DNA from: Octopus vulgaris | Taxonomy: Eukaryota | Assembly: GCA_951406725.2 (NCBI GenBank) | Contig: OX597819.1 | Coordinates: 84,258,001 to 84,322,000, forward strand | DNA: 64,000 bases | Reading direction: 5' to 3' | Part shown: positions 37,977-52,075 of the stretch, one piece after another | How the letters are laid out: every line of letters starts with the position of its first letter | Position numbering within the stretch: the stretch's first letter is position 1 | Made by a program: the position numbers and the translations under genes | Notes under the pieces: generated by a model | Database searches by the model: none | Seen by the model: the letters and a program-made list of their open reading frames with translations, nothing else | What the model was told of the DNA's origin: nothing

Positions 37977-40615
37977 GTAAGGACCACAGTACTACTTTTG
38001 TTGGTTTCTTTAATAGTAAGGCTTTTGTCCTATTGTAGGTCTCGTAGGTCTTTCCATTCATTAATATTAAAGTTGGACTTAATCTTGGTGGTCCTTATGG
38101 ACACAGATTTTTACAAACCCCTAGCACTTTCCTTACTAAATGACAACTCTTTCTATGAAATAATCACTAACTATAAACAACAAAAAACACTCAAAAACCT
38201 CACCACTCCTATACTCCAACACGGTCAAGGGCTCATGGAAAAAGAAAAGGATTACATCACCAATTTCAAATGCAAGCTCAGCCTCTTCTATGGCCTCCCT
38301 AAAGTCCATAAAACCAAATCCATCACCGAAGCCTGCAAATTCTCCTCAGGCATCCACATCAACATCAAGGCACCGGAGGATCTAAAACTAAGGCCCATCA
38401 TAGCTGGCACCTCCTGTGAAACACACCACTTGAGCAATTTCCTGGACATCCTTTTGAAACCTTTCCTTAGTCACATCAAAAGTGTCATTAGAGATGATCT
38501 TGACATGCTCAAGCACCCCCCGAAAACAACCAATGACGAGGCATTCTTGGTGTCCTTTGATGTTATCAACCTCTATACCAACATCCCACATGAATATGGT
38601 ATTGAGGCAATTGATTTCTGCCTGGAGAAACGCCCAGAAGCATTTCCTAACCGCATTAACAAGACCTTCATTACGGAATCACTCAAGTTCATTCTGACAA
38701 ACAATTACTTCCTCTTTGAAAACACACACTACCGTCAAAAATGTGGTATCGCAATGGGTACCAAATCTGCACCAGTCCTTGCAAACCTCATAATGGGTTT
38801 CTTTGAACTATCACTTTATGAGATATCATGCCAGAAATTTGGACACCTTTTCCACATCTACTTAATGGAAAACTGGAAAAGATACCTAGATGATTGTTTC
38901 ATCATATGAAAAGAATCTTATGAAAACCTTCTGGAATTCAAAACCACACTTAACAACATACATCCCAACATTCAATTCACTATGGAATTCAGCAAACATC
39001 ATCTCCTTTTTCTTGATCTCCTAATTATAAAAACACCTAACAACCAAATCACAACCGACATCTACCACAAACCTACAGACTCACAACAATACCTCCTCTT
39101 CAGTTCATGCCACTCAAAACACACCAAGATAAATATCCCCTTCAACTTAGCTAAAAGGATTTGCACCATTGTCTCAGATCCAAAAACTCGAGAATACGCC
39201 TTCAAGACCTCAAAAAAACACTATTACAACTCAAATATCCCTCCACACTCATAGACTATGGAATAAAACGTGCCACGGAACCCGACAACAATACACTGAA
39301 AACCACCCAACACAGTAACACACCCAACCTCAAAATACTTCCATACATTTCCACCCACAACCCAAAAAACATCGAAGCATACACCACAATCATACAGTAC
39401 CTCCCCTTACTGTCCACAGACCCAAAAATGAATAATATTATCAATACATATAAAATCCTTAAATGCAAAAGGCAACATAAATCATTGAAAAAACAAATGC
39501 CAAACTTCACACACCACATCCACCCCCATCAGTTAAAAAAGTGTGCATGCCCTAGCTGTGGTACCTGCCCCTTCCTACTTAAAGGCTCTGAATTTACTTT
39601 CAAACAAGGAACAAAGTTTAAAATCAAGACCAACTCCTCTTGTTCCTCCAAGAACCTCATTTACGTTCTTACAGGCACCAGTTGCCAAAACAATTATATT
39701 GGACAAACGAGCCTTCCTTTATGCAGAAGAGTAGCAGTCCATAAAGAACAGATAAATCTCACACAATGCCGTCAAATTCCACTCAGTAGCCACATAGACT
39801 CTTGCACTAGAAATAAAAATCCCAAATTTCATATATTCCCTTTCTATCAATGTAAAGACAGAATCTCTACACAAGAAAGAATCAACAAGGAAAATCTTTT
39901 TATTGAAAAATTCCAAACGCTTCTTAATATGCAAACGGTGACTATATTCCTTTTTCTAGCATCCTGTCTGACAAAAAATAAATATAAGCATCCTGTTTGA
40001 CAAAAAATCCAGCATTTCAAATAAAGAGTATAAAATCCACAGAATTGTCTCCCCTTATTCACAGGAACTGGATAACTCCTACCACATTTCCTGTTTTGAT
40101 ACAAACATCCAACCTTTTCAAACAAAACACTGCACTTGAACACCATCACACCACACCACACACCACTACACCTTACACCACCATACCACACAACACAACA
40201 CATCACAACACATGACCACGCACACATCAGCACTGACCACTTCCCACACCCACATTTTCACACCTACACATACACACATGCACCCGTCAAGATCACCAGC
40301 CCTCTTCCACATGCACATACAAACTCTTATACACACACACGCGCACCTTCATTTTGGGATCACCACCACCGTGTTATCTCCCCTTCTCCCTAGCTCTCCT
40401 GTGTGACCCTTCTGTCCAGCCTTTGCCATGATAGATCGCTAGCCACTACACATTCTTTATTTTCTCTCCTTGTTTCTTTCTGTGTTCCTTTCTGTGGAAG
40501 AGCATAGGCTCGAAATGTTAAAGACTTTTTAACTTCCTGAGCATTATACTAATACATCTGCTTGTTGTCTACACCACCTGTCTTCGTCTTTTGTTTTTCT
40601 TGTGAATTCACCCTA
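37977..40615 (+). mobile_element. Penelope-like retroelement (RT plus GIY-YIG), decayed and 5'-inverted
   Basis: FYGLPKVHK, LRPIIAG, SFDVINLYTNIP, GIAMGTKSAP, RYLDD then stop at 38907, TDIYHKPT, CPSCGTC, LIYVLTGTSCQNNYIGQT; pseudo-LTR at about 40430-40615. Confidence 0.95.
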
Positions 40616-41157
40616 TATATATATATATATATATATGTACATAAGATGTTGGTGCATGGAGTGTAATGACCATTGGGTAAAAATTTAAAAGTTAAATGAT
40701 AAGGAAAACAAAACTAATTAATTTAATCATTTCATTCATTGTGTACATTTCAGTATGACCTTAATGGTGGCTGTTATGAACTTATATAATAAATGCAAAT
40801 GCAAATATTATTTCAGCTAAATAGTTTTTATACTTTTATCTTTTCATATGCTTTACTAATTCATTTGCTTCTACCATTCTTTCTCCCTGTCAATCTCTTT
40901 CTACCTCCGGCAGTCTCTTTATCTGTCTGTCCGTCGGGCTGTCTATTGGTCTGTCCATCGGTCCATCAGTCCATCTGTCCATCCATCCATCATTCTGTCC
41001 GTCTATTTGTCTCTCTCTCTCTATCTCTCTCTCTCAGACACACACATATACATACATGTATACAGTATGCAAGGTGTATTTGAGAACACATAACCATCAA
41101 TATATTATTCTCTTCAAACCAATTGAAAGGTTTATATTTCTTTCAGATCCCTACCCA

Positions 41158-41612
41158 TAGGCACAGGCACGGTTGTGTGGTAAGAAGCTTGCTTCCCAAT
41201 CACATGGTTCCAGGTTCAGCACCACTACAAGGCACCTTGGACAAGTGTCTTCTACTGTAGTCTTGGACTGACCAAAGCCTTGTGAGTGGATTTGATAGAT
41301 GGAAACTGAAAGAACTCCATTACACATACACACACACACACATATATATATGCATGTGTGTGGTGTGTGTGTGTGGGTGTGGGTGTGTGTGTGAGTGTGT
41401 GTGTGTGTGTGTGTGTGTCTTTGTGTCTGTATTTGTCTCCCATCACTGCTTGACAACAGGTGCTGGAGTGTTTACATCCCCATAACTTAGCAGTTTAGCA
41501 AAAACAAAACTGATAGAATAAGTACCAAGCTGAAAAACAAAATGTAGTTCAATTCATTCAACTATACGGCTGCAGTCTAATGACTGACTGAAATAGGTAA
41601 AAGATAAAAGAT
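41158..41612 (+). mobile_element. SINE family A
   Basis: Similar to 6739-7140. Confidence 0.8.
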
Positions 41613-41619
41613 TATTGAT

Positions 41620-42910
41620 AAATGCTAACACAAGGAACGAAATAACATGCAGTCATTGTTGCCATATGTGTGGTACACAGCAATTTAGAAATTGCCAATT
41701 TACTAAATGTTGCAAGATCTTTTGTACACAAAGCTCATATGGAATTGAAAGTCTCTGCTGGGAATGTTTCAACTCTATCAAAGAGAAAAAGGCATTCTAA
41801 ATGTCGCCTATCGTTACCAGCATCGCCTTACTGGCACTCGTGCCTGTGCTAGTAGGGTGCCAAGAGCACCATCCGAGCATGATCATTGCCAGAGCAGCCA
41901 ACTGGCTCCTGTGGCGGTGGCACGTAAAATGGCACCATTTGAGTGTGAGTGTTACCAACATCGCCTTACTGGCACCTGTGCTGGTGGCATGTGTAAAAAG
42001 ATTCGAGTGAGGTCATTGCCAGTACCGCCTGACTGGCCCCCGTGCCGGTGGCACATAAAAAACACCAACTACACTCTCGGAGTGGTTGGTGTTAGGAAGG
42101 GCATCCAGCTGTAGAAACTCTGCCAAATCAAGATTGGAGCCTGGTGCAGCCATCTGGTTCGCCACCCCTCAGTCAAAATCATCCAACCCATGCCAGCATG
42201 GAAAGCGGACATTAAACGATGATGATATAAGAGCACCACAATTCAATTAATGGGCTCAAAACATTTTCTTGGATCAGTGATGATCCTAGAAAATCACTGA
42301 GAGCCATTGTCAAAGAGCTTCAGATTTTAGAGTTGACTCCCAGAACTGTGTTGCATGAGGAATTTTGATAAAGTTGTATTTACTGAAGACAGGCCAATTC
42401 ATATCTGCTAAGACACAGCAAAACATTTTGATCTATGCCAAGTGGTTACTTTACAAGATTAAGAACCCTCATGTACATGGCATGCTTTGATTCTACTCTG
42501 ATGAGAAAAATTTCAACCAAGACCAAAAGTCTAACAGGAGAAATGGCAGATGGCTATGTGCAGATTCTTCTGGTATCCTACAGTGATTCACACTAAGTTT
42601 CCAGTGATTGTAATGTTTTAAAAGCAATGAGTAATGAAGGTCGTGTCATCACGTCCAGGGTCTTAGAATTAATGCTGCTGGATATGTTATGGTTCTGGAG
42701 ACAGTTGTTAACCCCTACATGGATAAAGTACACAGTGGAAGGTCACATATGTTTCAACAAGACAAAGCCCCTGTAACTCAAAAATGGATGTCAAACAATC
42801 TTTATGATCATGTAACACCTAACTCTTAGCCTTCAAACTTCCCAAATTTAAATCCTATGGACTACTATGTTTTGAGAACTGTTGAAAAGGAAACTAATTG
42901 ATATCTGCAC
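41620..42910 (+). mobile_element. maT-like (DD37D) Tc1/mariner transposase remnant, interrupted by an RTE 3' end (about 41812-42226)
   Basis: FYSDEKNF, GLRINAAGY, FQQD, LNPMDYYV. Confidence 0.75.
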
Positions 42911-43189
42911 AAGCAAAGGATAAAAGATAAAGGAGTTCCAAATATTTTACAGCATTGCCTGCACTCATAACCACACCCAATTTTCTCTATAATGTGTGGG
43001 TATGGAAACCAGAGTGCCCAAAGGAAACTTATACATTGAAATACTAAAATGGCAATACATGAAGTGATAAATAAATGACATTAAGAATTGCTCCATCTTA
43101 TATGATAATAAATCTGTAACAGTCATAGTTTTGGCATCAATACCTTGGGATACTCAATGATTTTAGTTTTACCAACAGGGGTATAAACT

Positions 43190-43760
43190 AACGGATTATT
43201 AGGTGGAGCTTCCAAAATTTGTACATCCCACATAAGACTGGCCATTAGCAAAGCAGTATTTTGCAGAATGCAGTACAGCAACTGGGGCTGGGAGAATCCT
43301 TAGCATGTCGGGCAAAATGCTTAGAAGTATTTCGTTTGTCTTCACATTCTGAGTTCAAATTCCACCAAGGTCAGTCTTACTTTTCATCCTTTCGGGGTCA
43401 ATAAGATAGGTACCAGTAGAGCACTGGGGTCGATGTAATCGATTTAGCCCCTCCTCCAAAAATGCTGGCCTTATGCCAAAATTTGAAATCAATGTTTGCT
43501 TTTGGGATTTATTGATTGGTATGGCAAAGCTTAGGTGTTCTGGAACCTGTGTATAATCTCCTAATTTGAAAGGGCACAACTGTTGGTATATGGGTACAAC
43601 AGGATCCTCTCTTTTAGTACATCTAGTGAGAATAGTAGTGTTGATGACATGCAGCATAAAGTTCTTAAACAGATAATTGTATACCATTGTATAGCCACAC
43701 TGATATGTTTACACAGTAACATTATTGGTGAGCTTTCTTAGCTGAAGTCTGTTTAGTGAT
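43190..43760 (-). pseudogene. PIF1/Helitron helicase C-terminal remnant split by a SINE
   Basis: LSFAIPINKSQKQTL resembles FAMTINKSQGQTL; after the SINE, CFANGQSYVGC resembles FSHGQLYV. Confidence 0.75.
43285..43493 (+). mobile_element. SINE family B (Nin-domain-like); further copies near 49190-49403, 55556-55762, 63577-63750
   Basis: gagttcaaattcc B box, tttcatcctttcggggtc core, 3' gccaaaatttgaaa. Confidence 0.75.
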
Positions 43761-43796
43761 AAACCTGAAGGTTCCAATGAATTTTTTAAATTTTCA

Positions 43797-44932
43797 GGAG
43801 CAGGCATGGCTGTGTGGTTAAGAAGCTCACTTAGCAATCATGTGGTTTCAGGTTCAGTCTCACTGCCTGGTCACCCGAGGCTGACCAAAACCTTGTAAGT
43901 GAATTTGGTTGATGGAGACTGCATGGAAACCAATCATATGTATGTGTGTGTGTGTGTGTGTGAGTGTGTATGTGTGTGTGTGTGTGTGAGAGAGAGTGTG
44001 TGTGTGAGTGTGTATGTGTGTGTGTGTGTGTGTGTATGTGTGCATGTGTGTGTGTGCATGTGCTTGTGTTTGACACCTCCACCCACCACTTGACAACTGG
44101 TATTGGTTTGTTTACATCTTTGTGACTTAGTGGTTCAGCAAAAGAGATTGATAGTGTAAGTGTCACATGGCCGTGTGATAAGAAGTTTACTTTCCAACCA
44201 CATGGTTCCTGGTTCAGTCCCACTATTTGATATCTATGGAAAGAGCCTTCTACTATAGCCCAGGCTATCCAAAGCCTTCTGAGTGGATTTTGTAGATTGT
44301 AACTGAAAGAAGCCCATCGTATATGTGTATGTGCATGTTTGTGTGTGCATCTGCATGTGTGAGCACATCTGTACGTGTGTGTGTGTGTGCGTATCTATGT
44401 ATGTGTGTCTTAGTGTTTGTCCCCCACACTAGTTGACAACTGGTGTTGGTTTGTTTACATTCCTATAACTTCATCGTTCAGCAAAACAAGACTGATAAAA
44501 TAAGTACCAGGTTTAAAAACAAAATAAGTACCAAGATTGATTTGTTCAACTAAAAGTTCCAAGGCAATACCCCAGGATGACTGTAGTCCAATGACTGAAA
44601 GATGCAAAAAAAAAATGGACTATATATAGTGAACTATTTCTCCTTGATTCACAACAGAGTCTATTAATTTGTAGCTATTACTGTTTCCTAGAATTGTTTC
44701 ATATGACTGATAATTGATGCTGCAGTTCCTAATATTTTTTTTTTTTTTCACAGTAATATTATTATTATTTTGTGTTAGTTTATAGGTGCAGGTGTGACTG
44801 TGTGATAAGAAGCTTGCTTCTCAGTCATATGGTTCTGGGTTCAGTCTCACTGCATGGCACCTTCTACTATAGCCTCAAGCTGACCAAAACCTTGTGAGTG
44901 GATTTAGTAGATGGAAACTGATAGAAGCCTTT

Positions 44933-44978
<46 letters not shown>

Positions 44979-45172
44979 TTTGTATCAGTGTTTGTTCCCC
45001 ACCATCACTTGACAATTGGTGTTGGTGTGTTTATGTACCCATATCTTAGTGATTCAGCAAAAGAGGCCGATAGATTAAGTACTAGGCTTGGGGTGATTTG
45101 TTTGACTAAAACCCTTCAAGGCAATGCCCCAGCATGGTCGCAGTCAAATGACTGAAACAAGAAAAAGAAAAA
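43797..45172 (+). mobile_element. Cluster of three family A SINEs (about 43797, 44163, 44783)
   Basis: Three repeated heads and bodies in the same orientation. Confidence 0.8.
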
Positions 45173-45473
45173 GAAAATATGTTGCAGACTGAGGAACATC
45201 TTCAATATCAATTCATTTTCTGTCTTAATCCTTGCACTTATAGCGGCTGCATTCACCTTTGCTGCTGGAAGGAAATCTCTCTCTCTCCTAGTATTGAATA
45301 ATTTTTGGTAAAATGATCAGACAGCTGATTTCTAAAAAGATTGACACATGTTTTTAGTCAGCTTGTAGATTTTAACTTTGGTTAAAAGCGACAGCAACTT
45401 AAAGCGAGAACAGATTTCATTAGTTTTGGTTCTTTTTGGGATCTCTGGTAGAGAATCTGACAGAAGTCACTAA

Positions 45474-45680
45474 AAGCTGCTGCTGCTGCTACTACTACTA
45501 CGATGACAACGATCACGACGGTGACGACGATGACAGTGGTGACGACAGCAACTACTACTACCACCATGATCCTGACCACCACTGCCACCACCACCACCAT
45601 CACCACCACCACCATCATCACCACCATCATCACCACCATCATCACCACCATCACCACTACCCCTATCACTGCCGCCGCCT
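45474..45680. repeat. Compound trinucleotide repeat (CTG/CTA/GAC/CAC/CAT)
   Basis: Direct reading. Confidence 0.9.
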
Positions 45681-47484
45681 TCTTTTTCGGTGGCATTAGC
45701 ATTAGAAGCATTATTTGTAGTACATTGTAGCTTAAGACAGCAGTTAGTTGTCACCAAAATTTGAACTCACACCCAACAAAATGTTGACTTCCTTCTGAAA
45801 TGAGTTAAAATCAATTGATTTGTCAATTTCTAAGTGATGTCTGTAGCAACATACAAAAGCAGCTCTTCGGTAAACAAGTCTTCTGCTAAACAGACATGGA
45901 TAATGGAGGACAGGAGGAGAGAAAGAAAAAGGAAAAAATTGAGTGATTGGAAGAGAGTGAGAGAGAAAGGGAAAAAGAAAAGTCAATGACGCAAAGTAAC
46001 TAAGCTTTCACTGAAGAGCTTTAACAAAAATAGTGACGTTGTTTATTATCTCCAGTCAACAAAGTCTTGTAAGTTTTGTGACATTGTCAAGTTTCAATGA
46101 GTCATGGCCAGTGGAATGGTCCTTCTACTTGAAAAATAGGTAAGTGTTGGCATCGGGAAGAGCATCCAGTTATAGAAAATTTGTCTAAATTTTTGTCTAT
46201 CCTATGCCAGCATGGAAAAACAAATGTAAAAACAATGCTGGTGGTGGTGGTGGTGGTGGTGGTGGTGGCGGCGGTGGCGGCGGCGGCGGCGATGAGGAGG
46301 AGGGGGAGTTGGAGGAGGAGGAGGAGGTATCATCATTGTGGCTTGATTTTTGCAAATGAAGATTCATGAACCAGGATGTCTACATTGACTACATGGTTGA
46401 AGCCACATGCAACAGACTTGCAATAAAGGAACTCTTTTCTGGATTCAGTATTGCTGTAATAGTTAATCTATGATCTCCTTTTGTTTCCAAAGGCAACTGT
46501 ATGTGAATTCTTGTAGAAGGATATACACTGATGACCTGCCAGGCCTCATGATTGCAGGCTATAGCAGATCACTAACAATAGCCAGTGTGGCTATCACCAA
46601 AGAATTCTTGGTACATTTGTTACCAGCCTTGAAGTCCTTAGACAGGCAGAAATTATCAACACCAAGATAATACTTGTCTTTCTTGTAGGTGTTGATTTGC
46701 AATGATTGAAGAACAGTAATGGCATTAATCTCACCTTTCTAAGTGGAACTGCAAAAGCCATGAGCATTGACGCTTTCTCCAGACCCTATCTACAACTCCT
46801 CTTCCACAAACTTTATCTGTAGCAATCTTCAAAAACTTTAACAGACTAGCTTTTGAGCTCTGACAAGAATAGTTTGAGGGATGACTGCTCAATTAATTAA
46901 TTGATTAATTAATTAATTGATTATGCATACAAACCATTGTATGATGTAGACACAGTTTTTTCAAGCTATTTGATGCATACATAAGTGAATAAAATTATGT
47001 AAGAATACAATTCATTATTCTTTATCTGATTACTATTATACTCTGTGATTAATGCCCCAACCTATCAATTAGTGAATAACTTCAGATTTACATCTTATAC
47101 CTGTCACAAGTTATATCTGACCCATATGGATTACTACACTCTTCAATGGACGCTCTGGTGGTTAGGTCCATCACAAGGAGAGCTTACAGAGGTATTTGCC
47201 TGGATTTCTACAATCACTATTCTCTTTCACTATATATACATGTAAATATATATGGCTTGAAGAATATTGAACAAAACATTGAGTACCTGTTGATCTAGCA
47301 AGCAGGACTTCATTTCAATGAGGTGAGGAGGTACAATAACGTCACTGAGAAGAAGGCCCTGAAATCTCTCCTAGTGACTTCATAAGCATGCTAGCATCCT
47401 ATATGCGGAACTTTCAACTGATAACTCTTGCATCTGCAAGTTGTTTGCAAAACAAACAATACATGTGTATATGTGTGTGTGTGT

Positions 47485-48089
47485 AGGCACATGGCCTAGT
47501 GGTTAGAGCAGTGGACTCACAGTCGAGGGATCGCAGGTTCAAATCTCAGACCAGGCGATGTGTGTGTTTATGAACGAAACACCTAAACTCCATACGACTC
47601 CAGCAGAAGGTAATGGCGAACTTCTGCTGACTTTTTCAATACAACTTTCTCTCACTCTTTTCTCCAGCATCTTGTAGCTCACCTGCAACAGACCGGCATT
47701 CCATCCAGGTGGGGAACCTATACAACAAGGAAACCAGGAAACCAGCCCTATGAACCAGGCATGGCTTGAGAAGGAACAAACAACATATATATGTGTCTGT
47801 GTGTGTAGGAGCATTCCATCAGTTATGATGACAAGAGTCCCAGCTAATACAGTCAACGGAACACCTTGCTCATGAAATTAACGTAATTCTCAAGGAGATC
47901 CACCATGACACAAAGTGTGACAAGGCCGGCCCTTTGAAATACAGGTACTACTCACTTTTGCCAGCTGAGTGGACTGGAGCAATATGAAAAGAAGTGTCTT
48001 GCTCAAGGACACAACACATCACTGGGAATTGAACTCACCACCTTACAATTGTGAGCCAAACTCCCGAACCACTAAGCCACATGCCTTCA

Positions 48090-48090
<1 letters not shown>
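47485..48090. mobile_element. Composite SINE cluster (family D head on plus, family C/D on minus)
   Basis: tggcctagtggttagagc...ggttcaaatctc head; gtgtcttgctcaaggacac on the opposite strand. Confidence 0.7.
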
Positions 48091-48147
<57 letters not shown>

Positions 48148-48153
48148 CACACA

Positions 48154-48452
48154 CATAAAAGAAGAGTTCATAATTGTGAATAAATCACAATTATAATGGA
48201 AAGGGTTGTAAAAACCTTTACATGTCTAGAAATAGCAGTCAAAGCCACTACAAAGCCACTATAACCACTCATATTATATCTCCTCACTATAGAAGCTGTC
48301 GGTGAGTGACATGACATAAAATATAGTGAGGAGATATGTGGTTATAGTGGTTTTATAGCAGTTTTTACTGCCATTTCTAGGCATGTAAGGGTTTTTACAA
48401 CCCTCCCCATTATAATTGTGATTTGTTCACAATTATACACTCTTCTTTTATG
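48154..48452. repeat. Inverted repeat with about 135-bp arms
   Basis: cataaaagaagag...tctcctcactata pairs with tatagtgaggaga...ctcttcttttatg. Confidence 0.9.
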
Positions 48453-48814
48453 AAAAATTTTTTGATTGCATGTTCTGGCCACTGATATATTCATAAATAA
48501 TTTTGAATTGTTTACGATATATCCTGCATAATGTATTTTTACGTTCTTCTTTTATTTTTTTTTTTTTTTTTTAACTCATATCCAGATTTTTGCCATGGCT
48601 TGTTTTACTGGCAGAATTGCTACAGCAAAAATGGCAACCGATTACTAAAGATGTGTTAAAATCTTTGCTTGTCTTCTTATTTGGATTATGTGTGTGTGTG
48701 TGCATGTGTGCACACACACATGCACGCACATACACACACACACACACACACATACACACACACACATACACACACACACACACGCGCGCACATGCACATG
48801 CACACTCACAATGG

Positions 48815-48982
48815 CACAATGGGCTTCTTTCAGTTTCTGTCTACCAAGTTCACTCACCAGACTTTGATTGGTTTAGGGCTACAGTAGAAGACACTAGCCC
48901 AAGGTGCTCACAGTTGAACTGAACCCAAGACCATATGGTTGAGAAGCAAACTTCTTAACCACATAGCCATGCCTGTGCCTAT
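48815..48982 (-). mobile_element. SINE family A, 5' half
   Basis: Reverse complement of the family A head. Confidence 0.75.
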
Positions 48983-49548
48983 ATCTATATATGTGAATCT
49001 ATCTATCAATCGATTGATCAGTCTATCTCTATATATAAATGTATATACACACACATACACACTACTTTTACCACTTTTTCATATTTGCATGTATCAGACA
49101 AAATTTGTAATGGTAAGTTCTTATGACTGGATGCTCTTTCTATTTCCAGTTTCACCAGCTTCAAAGTATGTTAATATTTGCTGTAGTAAAGCAGTGAGCT
49201 AGCAGAATCATTAGTGTGTCAGGCAAAATGCTTAGCAGTATTTCATCTGCCTTTATGGTCTGAGTTCGAATTCCACCAAAGTTGACTCCACCTTTCATCC
49301 TCTCAGTCAGTAAAATAAGTACCATTTGAAAATTGTCATTGATGTAATCAACTTAATCCCCTCCATGGAACTTGCTGGCCTTATGTCAAAATTTTAAACC
49401 AATATTTCTTCAAGTACTTTGAACATAAACAGCACGATGTCAAAACGTTTTCACTGAAGATTGCAAACAAATGACACTGTGGTTTGTATGAGAGGGATGT
49501 TTGTCAAGACAATGAGTCATAAACACACACACACACACATATGCACAC

Positions 49549-49598
<50 letters not shown>

Positions 49599-49620
49599 AT
49601 GTATATATAAATATTTATAA

Positions 49621-49659
<39 letters not shown>

Positions 49660-51066
49660 TGTGTGAATATATCTATTCATTATTGACGATGATATCAAAG
49701 TTTCACCAGGAATGTGTCTCATTCAAACTTTGAGAAAGAACTCAAAAGTTTGAATAAATTATTCTAACTCACCAAAATTGATCTCATAAAAATGAAATTA
49801 TTGTAATATATATTGAAGATAGGATCAATTAGAATATCAAGAGAAAATTAATATATGGAAATGAGTTGTTTTAAAACTATGCTATTATTGAATGATACAG
49901 TAAAACTAGAATGGAATTGCAGCATTTTACAAATATTTAGTAGAATAATACCATATAGAAAATTGTTTTTACTTTATATTAATTTTATTAATAATAAAGT
50001 CTGTTAAAACATAAAAGAAATAAGCACAATTTATACCTGCTGTCCTTTAACTTAGTGAAATATATATGTATTATTTGTTTTTTAAAGTTGAATGTATCTT
50101 TTGCTAAACAATTTGAGATCCAAATAGATTTCATTTGGTAGAATCTGAAATAAATGCCATATTATTTTGGGCATTAACAGACACTTTTACTTCTTTCCTT
50201 CAAAAATAGTAACAATAACATGGAAATGTTCATCAACAACCTTTATAAATGAAGGCAATTATTGTCATGTATATATTAAAATATGCTTTTTACTTACCTC
50301 AAATCATTTTATTTATATATCCACAATTGAAAAGTTACTTCATTTTCTTGGTAAATATCCACATATATATATCATGTCCTAAGTGTTCCTTACCACTACT
50401 GAAATTACAGATTTCAACTTCCCCATAATAAAACATCTGTCTCAGAGGAAGATGAGGTAGGGAAATAACCATATCAATTTTCCCACTGTTAAATAAATTT
50501 CAATAAAATATTGAGAAAATCCAGCCAAAAAAGAGTCCAGAATAATAACCTAATTTTCAATGCATATATCCTGCTTAATTTTGATAACTAAATTGCTCCA
50601 GTATTGATTGGCTTTCATTACCACCTTGTATTCTGTACAGGTAGTTACACTTGTCAAGATTCCTGCTCATCACAACACTGCTTATCCAGGTGAAGTGTAC
50701 ATATAAATGTAAGATGGGAAGGTGGTTTTCAAAACACAGGAAGTTACTACTAGTTGATTGGCTTGAAGAAGTATGCAAGAAGTCACTAGAAAAGATTTTC
50801 TCCTCTCTTTGCAGCAAAATTTAATAAATTCCTTCCACTTATCTATTGCATGTAAGCCTTAATCTCATTAATAATCTTATTTCATTACACTGCTTTTAGT
50901 AACTTTTGTGAATTGGTACAATAGAAAGTTTAATGTACATTATAGTCTAAACAAACACGAGCAGAAACTTATACACACATAAATGGATATTAAGATGTTA
51001 AGGCTTTTTAGATGAAATACTTTGTATTAAAAAAATACAACATAAGCATTTCATTTTAATTGTTAC

Positions 51067-52035
51067 TACTTAATCTCAAACTTTATTTGTTACCCATCTA
51101 ATTAAATTGTTCCCAAAGAAGACAAAAGGATTACAACATGATAATGTAAAACTAATTGAAATATTTGCAGCTGGTTCCTTTTTATCATATATAACTTTGG
51201 CCATCTTATAATGTTTGCATACTCCTCAACATATAATATTATACTTACAGTGTATATTTGAGAGAAATAAGTAAAGTATTCTAACTAATAATTATATTTC
51301 ACCATTTAATCAGTGCAGTCCATCTTTGTTTTCTTCCTTCTTCAATTTTGGTTTATGAAACCTTATCACTTGTATCAGTATAATTTTTCAAGAGAAATCT
51401 GAAATTCAAATTCAAATTCCAAGATAATCACAAATTAACATTTCTAGAGTTTTGTTCAATAGTTTGAAAGAATATTCCATTTTCCTTTCTTTCCTTCTCT
51501 TCGTCTCATCGTCAACATCATCATCATCATCATCATCATCGTCATCGTCGTCGTCGTCATTGTCATCGTCGTCATCATCGTAGTCGTCGTCGTTGACATT
51601 GTTGTTGTTGTTGTCATTGTCATCGTCATCATCCACAGCAGCAGTACTAGCGTTCCTTTCTCTAAATCATTAGAAATAAAATTGATAAATAAGTATTGTC
51701 TGTGTGCGGATTTTCATGAAATTTTCTATGACAGGTTTCACAGTCTGAGTTTAACTATTTTATTTAATGTCTTTGAAGCATTTATTCTCAGGCGTCCATC
51801 CATAAATATAATACAGATTTTATTGCATCATAACTCCAGACTTTTTGTTAAATAGGATTTGATTTTGATGTAAATCTGTCTGTATTTGATAAATAAAATT
51901 CTCCTCAGATAATAAGCCGCCTATCAAGCATGAGAAATCATGATGTATGAAATTGTGTGTGTGTGAGCGTGTGTGTGTGTGTATGTGTGTGTGTGAGTGT
52001 GTGTGTGTTTGTGTGTGTGAGTGTGTGTGTGTGTA

Positions 52036-52075
<40 letters not shown>

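Noticed and set aside
47287-47358. 72-nt open segment with AG/GT ends
   Set aside because: Poor polypyrimidine tract, weak donor and no recognisable product.
50575-50660. RIQGG...QFSYQ resembling a trypsin activation site
   Set aside because: No CGG, AAHC or GDSGG motifs follow.
51412-51636. Poly-Asp ORF and its duplicate at 53622
   Set aside because: GAT/GAC trinucleotide repeat with no splice or homology support.
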